Assembly: GCA_963796415.1 (NCBI GenBank)
Contig: CAWCLR010000005.1
Coordinates: 147,795-211,794, forward strand
Length of the DNA stretch: 64,000 nucleotides
Direction of reading: 5' to 3'
Source: an uncultured Acidimicrobiales bacterium
GTDB lineage: Bacteria; Actinomycetota; Acidimicrobiia; Acidimicrobiales; VFJN01
Part shown: piece by piece, positions 1-9,655 of the stretch
Position numbering within the stretch: position 1 is the stretch's first letter
Layout of the letters: every line of letters starts with the position of its first letter
Program-made: the position numbers and the translations under genes
The notes under the pieces: model-generated
The model's input: the letters and a program-made list of their open reading frames with translations, nothing else
The model's database searches: none
What the model was told of the DNA's origin: nothing

Positions 1-1
1 G

Positions 2-436
2 GTCACGCTGGAGGGCGACGCCCCCCGCTCGGCGCTGGCCGGGCTGGCGGTGTTCTTCACGACGCTGGTCGGCACGATCGTCGGGCTGCGGGCCTGCGAC
101 CGGGCGAGCGTCGACCTCATCCGAGCCCTCGGCGGCGGGCGCACCGCGGTGCTGCGCCGGGTACGGGTACGGGCGGCGCTGCCCGACTACTTCGCCGCCC
201 TCAAGATCTCGGCCCCGGCCGCCGTGCTCGGCGCCATCATCGGCGAGTTCATCGGCGGGTCCGAGAACGGCCTCGGCGTCGCGCTGGTCGCGGCCCGGGC
301 CAACGCCGACTCCGCCCGGGTGTGGGGCGTGGCCTTGGTGGCCACGGCCGTCGCCGGGCTCGGGTACGCGCTGATCGCCCTGGTCGGGCGCCTGCTCACC
401 CCATGGGCGCCGTCGGCCCGACGGAGCGGGACATGA
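2..436 (+). CDS. ABC transporter permease, NitT/TauT (SsuC-like) family, 5' end outside window
   Basis: Hydrophobic ORF open from the window edge; EAA-like region LIRALGGGR..VRVRAALP and GAIIGEFIGG..GLG typical of SsuC/TauC permeases. Confidence 0.85.
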   Translation, partial: VTLEGDAPRSALAGLAVFFTTLVGTIVGLRACDRASVDLIRALGGGRTAVLRRVRVRAALPDYFAALKISAPAAVLGAIIGEFIGGSENGLGVALVAARANADSARVWGVALVATAVAGLGYALIALVGRLLTPWAPSARRSGT

Positions 437-1326
437 CCGCGCTCGTCGACCTCACGCAGCCAGACCCGGCACCCGCGGCGCCGACCACCGCCCCCGGCGA
501 CGCCGGCGGCCGGTCGGGCCGGGCCATCGCCCGGCGGGTGGCGTGGGGCGTCGTCCGGTCGCTCGGCACGTTCGTGCTGGTGACGGCGCTGCTGCTGGGC
601 CTGTGGATCGGGTTCCTCGAGGTCTTCGACGTCAACAGCTACGTGGGCAAGACGCCGACCCAGGTGTGGGACTGGGTCACCGATCCCGTCGCCGGGGCCG
701 AGCGGCGAGACGAGCTGTGGGAGGCGACGAAGGAGACGCTGGTCGAGTCCGGACTCGGCTTCGTCACCGGGCTGACGGCCGCCGTCGTCGCGGCGGTGGT
801 GTTCGTGCTGTCCCGGCCGCTGGAGCGGGCGGTCATGCCGATCGCCCTGGCGCTGCGCTCGGTGCCGATCGTGGCCATGGTCCCGTTGCTGGCCTACATC
901 TTCGGGCGCGAGCTGGTCGGCAGCCTCGTGATCGTGTCGATCATCGTGTGGTTCCCCGCCCTCGTGCTCGTGGCCAACGGCCTGCGGTCGGTGCGGCCCG
1001 AGGCGCTCGACCTGCTGCGGGCCTACGACGCCGGCCCGTTCGCCCAGCTCGTGAAAGTGCGTCTGCCGTCGGCCATCCCCAGCCTGGCGGCGTCAGCCAA
1101 GGTGTGCGCACCGCTGGCGATCCTCGGGTCGCTGCTCAACGGATGGCTGTCGACGGGGACCGGGCTCGGGGCCCTGATGTCGCTGTCCACCATCACGGCC
1201 GAGTTCGCCAAGCTGTGGGCGGCGGTCGTGATCGTCACCGTGGTGTCGGTGCTGTTCGCCGCGGTCGTGAGCGCCCTCGAGCAGGTGACGCTGGCCCGCT
1301 GGGCGCCCGAGCGCCTGGCTCGGTGA
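433..1326 (+). CDS. ABC transporter permease, NitT/TauT family
   Basis: ATG overlaps upstream stop (ATGA at 433-436); multiple TM segments; RSVPIVA, VKVRLPSAIP, GTGLG motifs. Confidence 0.85.
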   Translation: MTALVDLTQPDPAPAAPTTAPGDAGGRSGRAIARRVAWGVVRSLGTFVLVTALLLGLWIGFLEVFDVNSYVGKTPTQVWDWVTDPVAGAERRDELWEATKETLVESGLGFVTGLTAAVVAAVVFVLSRPLERAVMPIALALRSVPIVAMVPLLAYIFGRELVGSLVIVSIIVWFPALVLVANGLRSVRPEALDLLRAYDAGPFAQLVKVRLPSAIPSLAASAKVCAPLAILGSLLNGWLSTGTGLGALMSLSTITAEFAKLWAAVVIVTVVSVLFAAVVSALEQVTLARWAPERLAR

Positions 1327-1335
1327 CCACCCGCG

Positions 1336-2394
1336 GTGCCTGAGCCGGCCACCGCGCCCCCGGCGCTCGACAACACCGCGCCCCTGGCCCTCGACAACAC
1401 CTCGCCCTGCCTGGCGGCGGCGTGGCACCCGGTGGCGGCGTCCGCCGAGGTCGGCGACCAGCCGGTCGGGGTGCTGTTGCTCGACCGCCCGTGGGTGCTG
1501 GTCCGCCTCGACGGCGAGGTGCGGGCGTTCGAGGACCGGTGCCCGCACCGACTGGCGCCGCTGTCCGCCGGGTCGGTCGCCGGCGGCCGGCTCGTGTGCC
1601 GCTACCACGGCTGGGCGTTCGAGGCCGGCGGCGCCTGCACGCGCATCCCGGCCAACGGCGAGGACGGCCCGATCCCGGCGCGGGCGTCCCTGGCGCGGCC
1701 CGCTGGGGTGGTGGAGCGCTACGGCCTGGTGTGGCTGGCGCCCGAGCCGCCCGTGTGCGACCTGCACGAGTTCCCCGAGTGGGACGACCCCGGCTTCGTG
1801 CGGGCGGCGACGCCGCCGCGGCGCACGCCTGCCGGCGCGCTGCAGCTCGCCGACAACTTCCTCGACGCCGCCCACTTCCCGACCGTGCACACGCAGACGT
1901 TCGGCACGCCCGAGGCGGCGTACGTCAGCCCGCACGAGGTCGAGCGGGCGGGGTGGGAGGTGCGCACGACCTACCACGCCCCCTACCGCAACCACGACGA
2001 CCCGCTGGTGGCGTCGGGGGAGCACCCGCTGATCCAGGACCACGTGCTCACCAAGGTCGGCCGCCCCGCGGCGGCGGTGCGCCTGACGCTCGACTTCCCC
2101 GTGACGGGCGAGCGGCTGGCGATCCTGTTCGCCTGCCAGCCCGAGACGGCGACGTCGACCCGGGTCTACAAGCAGATGGCGCGCAGCGGGTACGGCGTCG
2201 CGGCCGAGGCGTCCGAGCGGATCGCCGAGCTGGTCGCCTACGAGGACCTCGTCCTCGACGAGGACCTCGCCATCCTCGAGCGCTACCGCGACCGCAGCCT
2301 GGCGCTCGACCTCAAGGTCGAGGTCCACTCGCGCGCGGACCGCCTGAGCGTGGCCTATCGCCGCGTCCTCGCCGACCTCGCGTCCCGCGCCTGA
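1336..2394 (+). CDS. Rieske non-heme iron oxygenase (VanA/demethylase-like alpha subunit)
   Basis: Rieske motif CPH...CRYHGW; mononuclear iron motif DNFLDAAHFPTVH; C-terminal EDLAILE. Confidence 0.9.
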   Translation: MPEPATAPPALDNTAPLALDNTSPCLAAAWHPVAASAEVGDQPVGVLLLDRPWVLVRLDGEVRAFEDRCPHRLAPLSAGSVAGGRLVCRYHGWAFEAGGACTRIPANGEDGPIPARASLARPAGVVERYGLVWLAPEPPVCDLHEFPEWDDPGFVRAATPPRRTPAGALQLADNFLDAAHFPTVHTQTFGTPEAAYVSPHEVERAGWEVRTTYHAPYRNHDDPLVASGEHPLIQDHVLTKVGRPAAAVRLTLDFPVTGERLAILFACQPETATSTRVYKQMARSGYGVAAEASERIAELVAYEDLVLDEDLAILERYRDRSLALDLKVEVHSRADRLSVAYRRVLADLASRA

Positions 2395-2450
2395 CCGTCC
2401 CACGCCCGGCGAGGCTCCGCAGTACGACCGACCGGGCCGGGCCGCCCGCG

Positions 2451-4817
2451 TCAGACGAAGTCGTGGCGGCTGAGCCAGCGGAGGGAGAACCACCCCCACA
2501 CCGGGGGTAGGTAGTACGTCACCATCCGGTGCGTCAGCGTGGCCGCCAGGGCGGCGGACTCGTCGACGCCCACCGCCACCAGCCCGGCGATGAGGCCCGC
2601 CTCGGTCACGCCGATGCCTCCGGGCACCGGCACGAGGCCGCCGAGCAGCGACACGCCGGTGTTGATCAGCAGCAACTCGGGCAGCGTGGCGTCCGCCCCG
2701 TAGGCGTGCACGGAGGCCCCCAGGGCGAGCGCGTACAGGATCTGTGACCCGACGTTGGCGGCCAGCAGGCGCACGAGCCGCCCGGGCGACGACGCCAGGG
2801 CGCGCACGTTGGTGACGGCGGCGGCGACGGTCGGCCACACTCGTGCCCGCAGCGAGGGCACGGCGACCATCACGACGGCGGCCACCGCCGCCACCGCCAG
2901 GACCGCGATGCCCGCCCACACCAGGGGCCCGACGTCGGCGTCCTCCAGGTCGACGTCGATGTCGACGAGCGGCACGACCACGATCAGCACCAGGGCCTGG
3001 ACGACGAACCCGGCCAGCCCGTCGATCGACCCCGACGTCAGCGCCACCGCCCGGGTCACGCCCTGGCGCTCGAGGAACCGCATGGTCAGCGCGATCTTTC
3101 CGGCCGTGCTGGGCACCGTCAGGTTGATGAACTTGATGGCCGACTGGAGCACCGTGGTCGGCCCGCGCGGCAGCGGCATCCCGACGGCCGCGACGGTGGC
3201 GGCGGCGTCGCACACCAGCGGCACCTGGGCCAGCACCAGGGCCACGATCACCCACCCCCAGCTCGCGTCCGCGAGCTCGTCGACGAGGGTCGAGATCCCG
3301 ATGTCGGCGAGCTGCCCCAGCAGCAGGTAGACCGCCATCACGGTGAGGCCCGTCAACAGGACGTCGCGGAGCGAGACCCGCCGGACCTCGGCGATGTCGG
3401 GCATCTCGCCACCGGTGTCGGCGACGACGCGCTCGCGCAGCCGGTCGACGTCGAGGGACGCCCGGCGGGCGGCGTCGCGCAGCGCCGGCGTGAGGGCCGC
3501 CCGTTGCAGGAACGGGATGGCGTCCTGCAGGGCGGCGTTGCCGAGGGCGGTGCGGGCGGCGGCCAGCGCCCGGTCCTCTCCGACGATGAGCGAGGACGAG
3601 ACGAGCAGCTCGGCGGCGTCGGTCGCCAGCACGGCGTCCGAGGCGTGCGGGCGGGCGGCGGACATGTCGGTGACCAGCACGCCTGCGGGGGTCACGATCA
3701 GCGACGCCGCGTTGAGGCGGCCGTGCCCGAGGCGGGCGGCCCGCAGCCCGGCCGCGGCTGCCCACGCCTCGTCGATCAGCTCGTCGGCCGCGCCGTCGAC
3801 CTCGTCGAGGGGCGGGGCCTCGGGCAGGTCGGTGACCAGCAGCGCGTCGCTCGTCTCGATCGTGCCGACAGCGACGACCCGCGGGACCGGGACCCGGGCC
3901 GCCGCTGCGGTGTACAGCATCAGGGCCTCGTGCTCGACCTGCCCGCGCCGCGTCAGCGACGCCGCCGGGCCGGGGTCGCGGTACCAGAGCCCCCGCCAGG
4001 CCCGCGCCAGGAGCTGGGTGTCCCGGGCGTCGCGACCGTAGACGGCGACGCCGAGCGGACAGCCGGTCGCGTCGAGGCCGTGGTAGCGGGCGACGCCGCC
4101 GCGCTGGCGGTCCGCTCGCCACAGGTCGGCGGCCGTCACCCCGAGCTGGGCCAGCTCGGCGGTCACCCGCCGCTCCGACGGGAACCCGACCGACGAGCCT
4201 GAAGCCAGGCGCACCGCCGCGGCCACGGTCACGCCGAAGGCGAGCCCACCGATCACGTGCGCCGGGTAGGCGCTGCCGATCACGACGGCCGCCACCGCGG
4301 TGAGCCCCACGACGACCCGCCCGGCGTAGCGGACTGGTCGCGCGATGTCGGGCGCGGCCACCACGACCACCGCCGTGACGAGGGCGACCCGCAGCGACGG
4401 GTACGACGGCTCCGCCCGCGACCAGATGACGCCGGTCAACGACGGCCACCGCCCGTCCGTCGCCTCGGTGATGGCCCCGCCGACGACCACGGTCAGCGCC
4501 GCGGCCAGGACGAGGTCGCGGGTCAGCGCCCACCGCCGGGCGGCGATGGCGCCGACGACCAGCACGACCACGAGGACCGCGGCCGCCCCGTAGGCGGCCG
4601 ACCACACCGGCTCGAGCCAGCCGAGCAGGCGGTCGAACGCCTCGGTCGCCTCCGCGGCGCCGGTGGACGACCCGCGGCTGGCGAGCGCGGCCACGAGGAC
4701 GACCACTGCGGCGGCGCCGAGCATGACCGCATCGTCGACGCGCCGACGCCGGGGCTCGTCCCCGGCGGACGCGAACAGCGAATGCGGCACCGCCACGGCA
4801 CCCACGCCGTCGCTCAC
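2451..4817 (-). CDS. Membrane protein with kinase-like middle region and lysylphosphatidylglycerol-synthase (UPF0104/flippase-like) TM domain
   Basis: N-terminal TMs, VEHEALM kinase-like region, C-terminal PVPGGIGVTEAGL..HR motif. Start placed at GTG 4817, 7 nt after a TACATT -10 (ORF track start 4856). Confidence 0.8.
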   Translation of the reverse strand: MSDGVGAVAVPHSLFASAGDEPRRRRVDDAVMLGAAAVVVLVAALASRGSSTGAAEATEAFDRLLGWLEPVWSAAYGAAAVLVVVLVVGAIAARRWALTRDLVLAAALTVVVGGAITEATDGRWPSLTGVIWSRAEPSYPSLRVALVTAVVVVAAPDIARPVRYAGRVVVGLTAVAAVVIGSAYPAHVIGGLAFGVTVAAAVRLASGSSVGFPSERRVTAELAQLGVTAADLWRADRQRGGVARYHGLDATGCPLGVAVYGRDARDTQLLARAWRGLWYRDPGPAASLTRRGQVEHEALMLYTAAAARVPVPRVVAVGTIETSDALLVTDLPEAPPLDEVDGAADELIDEAWAAAAGLRAARLGHGRLNAASLIVTPAGVLVTDMSAARPHASDAVLATDAAELLVSSSLIVGEDRALAAARTALGNAALQDAIPFLQRAALTPALRDAARRASLDVDRLRERVVADTGGEMPDIAEVRRVSLRDVLLTGLTVMAVYLLLGQLADIGISTLVDELADASWGWVIVALVLAQVPLVCDAAATVAAVGMPLPRGPTTVLQSAIKFINLTVPSTAGKIALTMRFLERQGVTRAVALTSGSIDGLAGFVVQALVLIVVVPLVDIDVDLEDADVGPLVWAGIAVLAVAAVAAVVMVAVPSLRARVWPTVAAAVTNVRALASSPGRLVRLLAANVGSQILYALALGASVHAYGADATLPELLLINTGVSLLGGLVPVPGGIGVTEAGLIAGLVAVGVDESAALAATLTHRMVTYYLPPVWGWFSLRWLSRHDFV

Positions 4818-4852
4818 GCGCCGGAATGTACGGCGCCTGCGGGCCCGGGCGC

Positions 4853-4869
4853 TCACCCGGACCGGGTGA
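4853..4869. promoter_or_regulatory. TCACCC-N5-GGGTGA palindrome, site 1 (between divergent genes)
   Basis: TCACCCggaccGGGTGA; TACATT 22 nt away on the - strand, CAGGCT 23 nt away on the + strand. Confidence 0.7.
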
Positions 4870-4906
4870 CTGCACGTCCGCGGAGTGCCTGGCAGGCTGG
4901 TCGCGC

Positions 4907-5891
4907 GTGACGGACACCGACACCCCCGACGCCGACGGCACCGACGCGGCCCCGCCCGACGGACCGCCCCCTACCCCGGGCGTGGTGTGGGTTCCGGGCG
5001 GCACGTTCCGGATGGGGTCCGACGACCACTATCCCGAGGAGGCCCCGGCGCACCTCGTGACCGTCCGTGGATTCTGGATGGACCGCTGCGCGGTGACCAA
5101 CGACGAGTTCGCCCGCTTCGTGCAGGAGACCGGGCACGTCACGATGGCCGAGCAGGTGCCCGAAGCCGCCGACTACCCGGGGGCGCTCCCCGAGATGCTG
5201 GTGGCGGCCTCGTCGGTGTTCCGCAAACCGGGCCGGCCGGTGTCGCTCGACGACCCCTACACGTGGTGGACGTGGGTGCCGGGCGCCGACTGGCGGCACC
5301 CACGCGGGCCGCAGAGCTCGATCCGCCGCCTCGGAGATCACCCGGTGGTGCATGTGGCCTGGGCCGACGTCGAGGCGTACGCCGCCTGGGCCGGCAAGGA
5401 TCTGCCGACCGAGGCCGAGTGGGAACGGGCGGCCCGGGGCGGCCTGGAGGCCGCCGAGTTCGTGTGGGGCGAGGAGCTCACGCCCGGCGGCCGCCACATG
5501 GCCAATGTGTGGCAGGGCGACTTCCCCAACCACAACACCAAGGCCGACGGGTGGGAGTACACGGCGCCGGCCAAGTCGTTCCCGCCCAACGGCTACGGGC
5601 TGTTCCAGATGACCGGCAACGTGTGGGAGTGGACGACCGACTGGTACCAGGACCACGCGGCCGCCGCCCCCCAGCCCACCTGCTGCGCGGTCGAGAACTC
5701 CGCGGGGCGGCACGCGGGAGTCGAGCACCGAGCCGGGCGACCCGGCGGCGGTCCCCCGCCGGGTCATGAAGGGCGGATCGCACCTGTGCGCCCCCAGCTA
5801 CTGCCGTCGCTACCGCCCGGCGGCCCGCATGGCCCAGGCGATCGACACCTCGACCTCGCACCTCGGATTCCGCTGCATCGTCCGCCCGTAG
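4907..5891 (+). CDS. Formylglycine-generating enzyme (SUMF1/FGE-sulfatase) family protein; one extra base at ~5699
   Basis: [32 protein letters not shown]. Removing T5699 restores ENPRGG...[24 protein letters not shown]...HLGFRC to TAG 5891. Confidence 0.85.
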
Positions 5892-5903
5892 CCCCGGCCG
5901 ACC

Positions 5904-6347
5904 TCACCCGGGCGGGAAGCGGGCGACCCACCGGCGCTGCCACGGGGTCTCGACGGCTCGGGGGTGGTGGTGGGCGCGGGTCCACGCGACGGCCTCGTCG
6001 GCCGGCAGGCCGGACAGCACGCAGAGGCAGGCGATCACCGTGCCGGTGCGGCCCACCCCGCCGCCGCACGCGACCTCGACCCGCTCGCCCGCGGCGGCCC
6101 GCGCGCCCAGGGCCTGGATGCGGTCGATCGCCAGGTCCCGGTCGCGGGGCAGCAGGAAGTCGGGCCAGTCGACCCAGTCGTGGGGCCACGTCAGCGCACC
6201 GTCGTGGCGCCGCCGCATCCGCCGACCGCCGAGGTAGAGGCCGTAGTCGGGGGGCGGGCCCGCGGGGCGCGGCGCACGCAGCCCGCGTCCTCGCACCGAC
6301 TCGCCGGAGGGCAGCTCGATCGCTCCTTCCAGTTGCGCGGTGGTCAT
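5904..6347 (-). CDS. Protein-tyrosine/dual-specificity phosphatase family protein
   Basis: CX5R loop ACGGGVGRTG, WPDF loop, AVETPWQ. Confidence 0.85.
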   Translation of the reverse strand: MTTAQLEGAIELPSGESVRGRGLRAPRPAGPPPDYGLYLGGRRMRRRHDGALTWPHDWVDWPDFLLPRDRDLAIDRIQALGARAAAGERVEVACGGGVGRTGTVIACLCVLSGLPADEAVAWTRAHHHPRAVETPWQRRWVARFPPG

Positions 6348-6392
6348 GCCGCATCGTGCCGGTTCCGCCCGCGCCGGGCCAACCGGCTGGCG

Positions 6393-8924
6393 TCAGATCA
6401 GCTCGAGCTCGCGGCCGCGGAGCACGGCGTCGCGGCGGCCCTCGACGCCGAGCTTGCGGTACACGGCCTTGAGGTGGGACTTCACCGTGTTGATCGACAG
6501 GTGCAGGCCTGCGGCGATCTCCGCGTTGGACATGAGCGTCGGCAGGTACTGCAGCACCGCGGTCTCCCGGTCGGTCAGCACCTCGACCGGGCTCGTCGCC
6601 CGGCCGCCGCCCTGCTGCAGGTGGTCGCGCAGCTCGAGAACCAGGCCGCGGTGATTGGCGATGTCGGTGCGGTCGAGCACGGCCGACACCGCGGCGGCGT
6701 GGTCGAGCAGCGGGGCCCGGACGCCGTGGTCGGCGACGAGGTCGAGCGCGGCCTCGAGGTGCGCACCCGCCCCGAGCACGTCGTGGCCGGCGTCGCAGGC
6801 CATGGCGCACAGCACCCACGCCTCGATCAGCGTGCGGACGTGCACCGACGGGTGGTCGCGCCGCAGCGCCCGATCGAGGCCGCGGCGCGCCGCCTCGGGT
6901 GCGCCCCGACCGAGGTCCTGTCGGGCCCGGACGACGGCCCGCTCGGCGGGGCCGCCCACGGCGACGACGCGCCGGTCGGGGTCCACGACCTCGAGGACGC
7001 CGCACGCGATCAGTGCCTGCGCCGCCAGCGGGTGCCGGGCCGTGGCCGAGTCCAGCCAGGCGGAGCTCGCCCCCGCCGGCCCGAGGGCGGCGCGGGCGGC
7101 GTTGGTGACGGCCTGCAGCACGTGGGACGCGGGGGCGACGGCCGCGGCGGACTCGTCGAGGTGGACGAGCGCGGTGCGGCGCTCGCCCCGTTGGGCGCAC
7201 GCCAGCGCGGCGGCGAGGTGCGCGGCGCGCCGGGCCGTCGGGTGAGCCTCGATGATCTCGCCTGCGCCCAGCACCGCGGCGGCGCGGCGCGCCGCGTCCG
7301 CCGGGCCGCCGACGGCGGCCGTGACGAGGGCGGCGACGGCCGCGGCCTCGGCCGCCATCCAGTCCTCGTCGCGCCCGCCGGCGAGTCGGTCGAGGGTGGC
7401 GACGGCGGTGTCGAAGCGCCCCAGGTCGGCCGCCTGCTCGCCCGTTCGCAGGCGGGCGAGGCGCCGGACCGCGGACGTCGCCGTGTCGATCTCGTCCGCG
7501 ACGGCGAGGGCGCCGGCGGCGGCGCGGGCGCGTGCGTCGGTGCCGAACGCCCAGGCGTGTCCCAGGTCGAGCAGGTGGCGGTACAGGCCGCCGGAGGCGC
7601 GGGTCGCCCGCTCCGGCACCGGGCCGAGGAGGGTGTCGAGGTGGTCGCGGTGCAGGTCCGCGGCGTCGCGGTCGCCCGAGCGGCAGGCGGCGCCCGCCGC
7701 GACCAGCGCCAGCGCCGGCGTCTCCTGGAGGGCGCCGGCCGGCACCCGGGACGCGGCGTCGGGAACCGGGTCCGCGTCGTCGAGTGCGGCCGCCAGCCAG
7801 CGGTCGATCGCCAGCCGGCCGACGAGGGGCCAGTCTCCGGCGAGGCGGGCGTGGCGCTCGGCGTCCGCGGGACGGCCGTTTGCCATGAGCCATCCGGCGG
7901 CGCGCTCGTGCATCTCGCGGACGAGCTCGGGGTGCCGGCGGCGCAGCGTGGCCCGCAGCAGGTCGGCGAACAGGGCGTGGTAGCGGTACCACCCGTCGTC
8001 GGTGGTGTCCATGAGGAACACGCCCGACCGCTCGAGGTCGTCGAGCCGCTCGCCCGCCCGGTGGTCGGCGGTCAGGAGCGCCGCAAGGTCGGGGGTGAGG
8101 CGCTCGGCCACGCTGGTGCGGAGGAGGAAGTCCTGGACGGCCGCGTCCTGACGATCGAGTACCTCCTCCAGTAGGTAGTCCGCCAGCGCGGCTTCGGTGG
8201 CCGTGGTGCTGACGATCAGCTCGTGGGGGTCGCTGGATGCGGCCAGTGCGCCGGCCGCCAACCGCAGCCCGGCCGCCCACCCCTGCGTGCGCGACCACAG
8301 CGCGCGCACGTCGTCGCTCCGCAGGTCCACGCCCTGGGCCGCGAGCAGCTCGGTCGCCTCGTCGAGCGTGAATTCGAGGTCGGCGTTGCGGATCTCGCCG
8401 AGCCGCCCGTCGAGCCGCATGCGTCCGAGCGCGACCGGCGGGTCGGCCCGCGTGCAGAGCACGAGGGCCAGGCGGGGAGGAACGCGCTCGAGGAGGAGGC
8501 GCAGCGCCCCGAGTGCGGCAGGAGAGCGCAAGTGGTGGACGTCGTCGAGCACGAGGACCCACGGGCCTGGCGCCAGCGTGTCGACGGCCTGGTCGACCAG
8601 GGCCGCGTCGGCGCGCCGGCGGCGGGGCGGGTCGGGCACGGCGCCGGCGCCGGCCAGCGCCTTCACGACGCTGCGGGCGAGGCGGCCGGGCTCGTCGTGC
8701 CGCTCGTCGAGGGAGACCCAGGCGGCGGGGCGGTCGTCGACGCGCAGCCACGACGCGATGAGGGTGGTCTTGCCGGCGCCGGGCAGCCCGGACACGAGGG
8801 TCACGGGGCGGCGGTGGTCGTCGCCCAGCCGGGCCTCCAGCCGGTCGCGGCGGACGAGCCGGTCGGGCGCGGTGGTGATGGCGGTCGGTCGGCGGGCGAT
8901 GGCGGCGACGGGCGATGGCGGCAC
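6393..8924 (-). CDS. MalT-like STAND ATPase with C-terminal LuxR HTH (transcriptional regulator)
   Basis: Walker A GLPGAGKT, LVLDDVH, TQGWAAGLRL, YRYHALFAD, C-terminal LTDRE..VL..SNAEIA..LSINTVKSHLKAVYRKLGV. Confidence 0.9.
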   Translation of the reverse strand: MPPSPVAAIARRPTAITTAPDRLVRRDRLEARLGDDHRRPVTLVSGLPGAGKTTLIASWLRVDDRPAAWVSLDERHDEPGRLARSVVKALAGAGAVPDPPRRRRADAALVDQAVDTLAPGPWVLVLDDVHHLRSPAALGALRLLLERVPPRLALVLCTRADPPVALGRMRLDGRLGEIRNADLEFTLDEATELLAAQGVDLRSDDVRALWSRTQGWAAGLRLAAGALAASSDPHELIVSTTATEAALADYLLEEVLDRQDAAVQDFLLRTSVAERLTPDLAALLTADHRAGERLDDLERSGVFLMDTTDDGWYRYHALFADLLRATLRRRHPELVREMHERAAGWLMANGRPADAERHARLAGDWPLVGRLAIDRWLAAALDDADPVPDAASRVPAGALQETPALALVAAGAACRSGDRDAADLHRDHLDTLLGPVPERATRASGGLYRHLLDLGHAWAFGTDARARAAAGALAVADEIDTATSAVRRLARLRTGEQAADLGRFDTAVATLDRLAGGRDEDWMAAEAAAVAALVTAAVGGPADAARRAAAVLGAGEIIEAHPTARRAAHLAAALACAQRGERRTALVHLDESAAAVAPASHVLQAVTNAARAALGPAGASSAWLDSATARHPLAAQALIACGVLEVVDPDRRVVAVGGPAERAVVRARQDLGRGAPEAARRGLDRALRRDHPSVHVRTLIEAWVLCAMACDAGHDVLGAGAHLEAALDLVADHGVRAPLLDHAAAVSAVLDRTDIANHRGLVLELRDHLQQGGGRATSPVEVLTDRETAVLQYLPTLMSNAEIAAGLHLSINTVKSHLKAVYRKLGVEGRRDAVLRGRELELI

Positions 8925-9008
8925 CTGACCGTCTCCTCGGTGAGGGCGACCTCAGGGGAGTGACGTCACTGTCACCAAGGATGATGCCGTGCGCGGGTGA
9001 GACGCGCT

Positions 9009-9025
9009 TCACCCTGTGCGGGTGA
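9009..9025. promoter_or_regulatory. TCACCC-N5-GGGTGA palindrome, site 2 (upstream of the LuxR/MalT regulator)
   Basis: TCACCCtgtgcGGGTGA; CATCAT exactly 22 nt downstream on the - strand; extra GGGTGA half-sites at 8995-9000 and 9035-9040. Confidence 0.7.
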
Positions 9026-9092
9026 TACCGCACGGGGTGAGTTCTGGGGGCCGGCGTCGTTCAGGTGCTTGTCAGGTAGTCGCAGTCGCGCG

Positions 9093-9578
9093 TCAGTCTG
9101 CGAACACCTCCCGCAGCTTGCCCTCCTGCTCGCCCGAGAGGCTCGACTCGATCAGCTCGGGGCCTTGTCCCGCGAAGGCGTCGTGGACCCGGTCCAGCAC
9201 GGCGTCGCTCGACAACACGAACAGCGCCGACGTGCCGGGGGTGACCTTCGCCTTGACCGAGTCGATGAAGTCGTCGTCGATGCCGACGTCCGTGAGCGAT
9301 CCGCCGAGCGCGCCCGCGGCGGCGCCGACCGCCATGCCGAGCAGCGGGACGAAGAACAGCAACCCGAACAGCAGCCCCCAGAACGACCCGCTGAGGGCGC
9401 CCGCGCCTGCGAGGCTCTCGATCTGGCGCGTCCTCGGGCGCTTCTTGTCGGGCGGCCAGCTCACGGTGGCAGCGTCATGGATCGTGATGAGGTTCTGCTT
9501 GGACAGCGACACGAGCGTCTGCTCGGCGTGGTCCGCCCCGACCGGATCGTCGAACTTCCACACCGTGAGGGTCGCCAT
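9093..9578 (-). CDS. DUF1269-type membrane protein
   Basis: MATLTVWKFD, GALSGSFWGLLFGLLFFVP, LTDVGIDDDFI, PGTSALF; GAGGAG RBS. Confidence 0.85.
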   Translation of the reverse strand: MATLTVWKFDDPVGADHAEQTLVSLSKQNLITIHDAATVSWPPDKKRPRTRQIESLAGAGALSGSFWGLLFGLLFFVPLLGMAVGAAAGALGGSLTDVGIDDDFIDSVKAKVTPGTSALFVLSSDAVLDRVHDAFAGQGPELIESSLSGEQEGKLREVFAD

Positions 9579-9638
9579 CGCTGCTCCTCGGTCGCCGAAG
9601 CACCACGAGGAGCGTCACGCCGTCTGGCCCGTCCGCCA

Positions 9639-9655
9639 TCACCCCTCGGGGGTGA
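9639..9655. promoter_or_regulatory. TCACCC-N5-GGGTGA palindrome, site 3 (upstream of DUF1269 gene)
   Basis: TCACCCctcggGGGTGA; GACGCT exactly 22 nt downstream on the - strand. Confidence 0.7.

Noticed and set aside
1093-5004. 1303-aa minus-strand ORF and similar giant ORFs (5764-9033, 22933-25842, 43590-46235, 47996-50230)
   Set aside because: Low-complexity shadow frames overlapping well-supported genes; expected at this GC content
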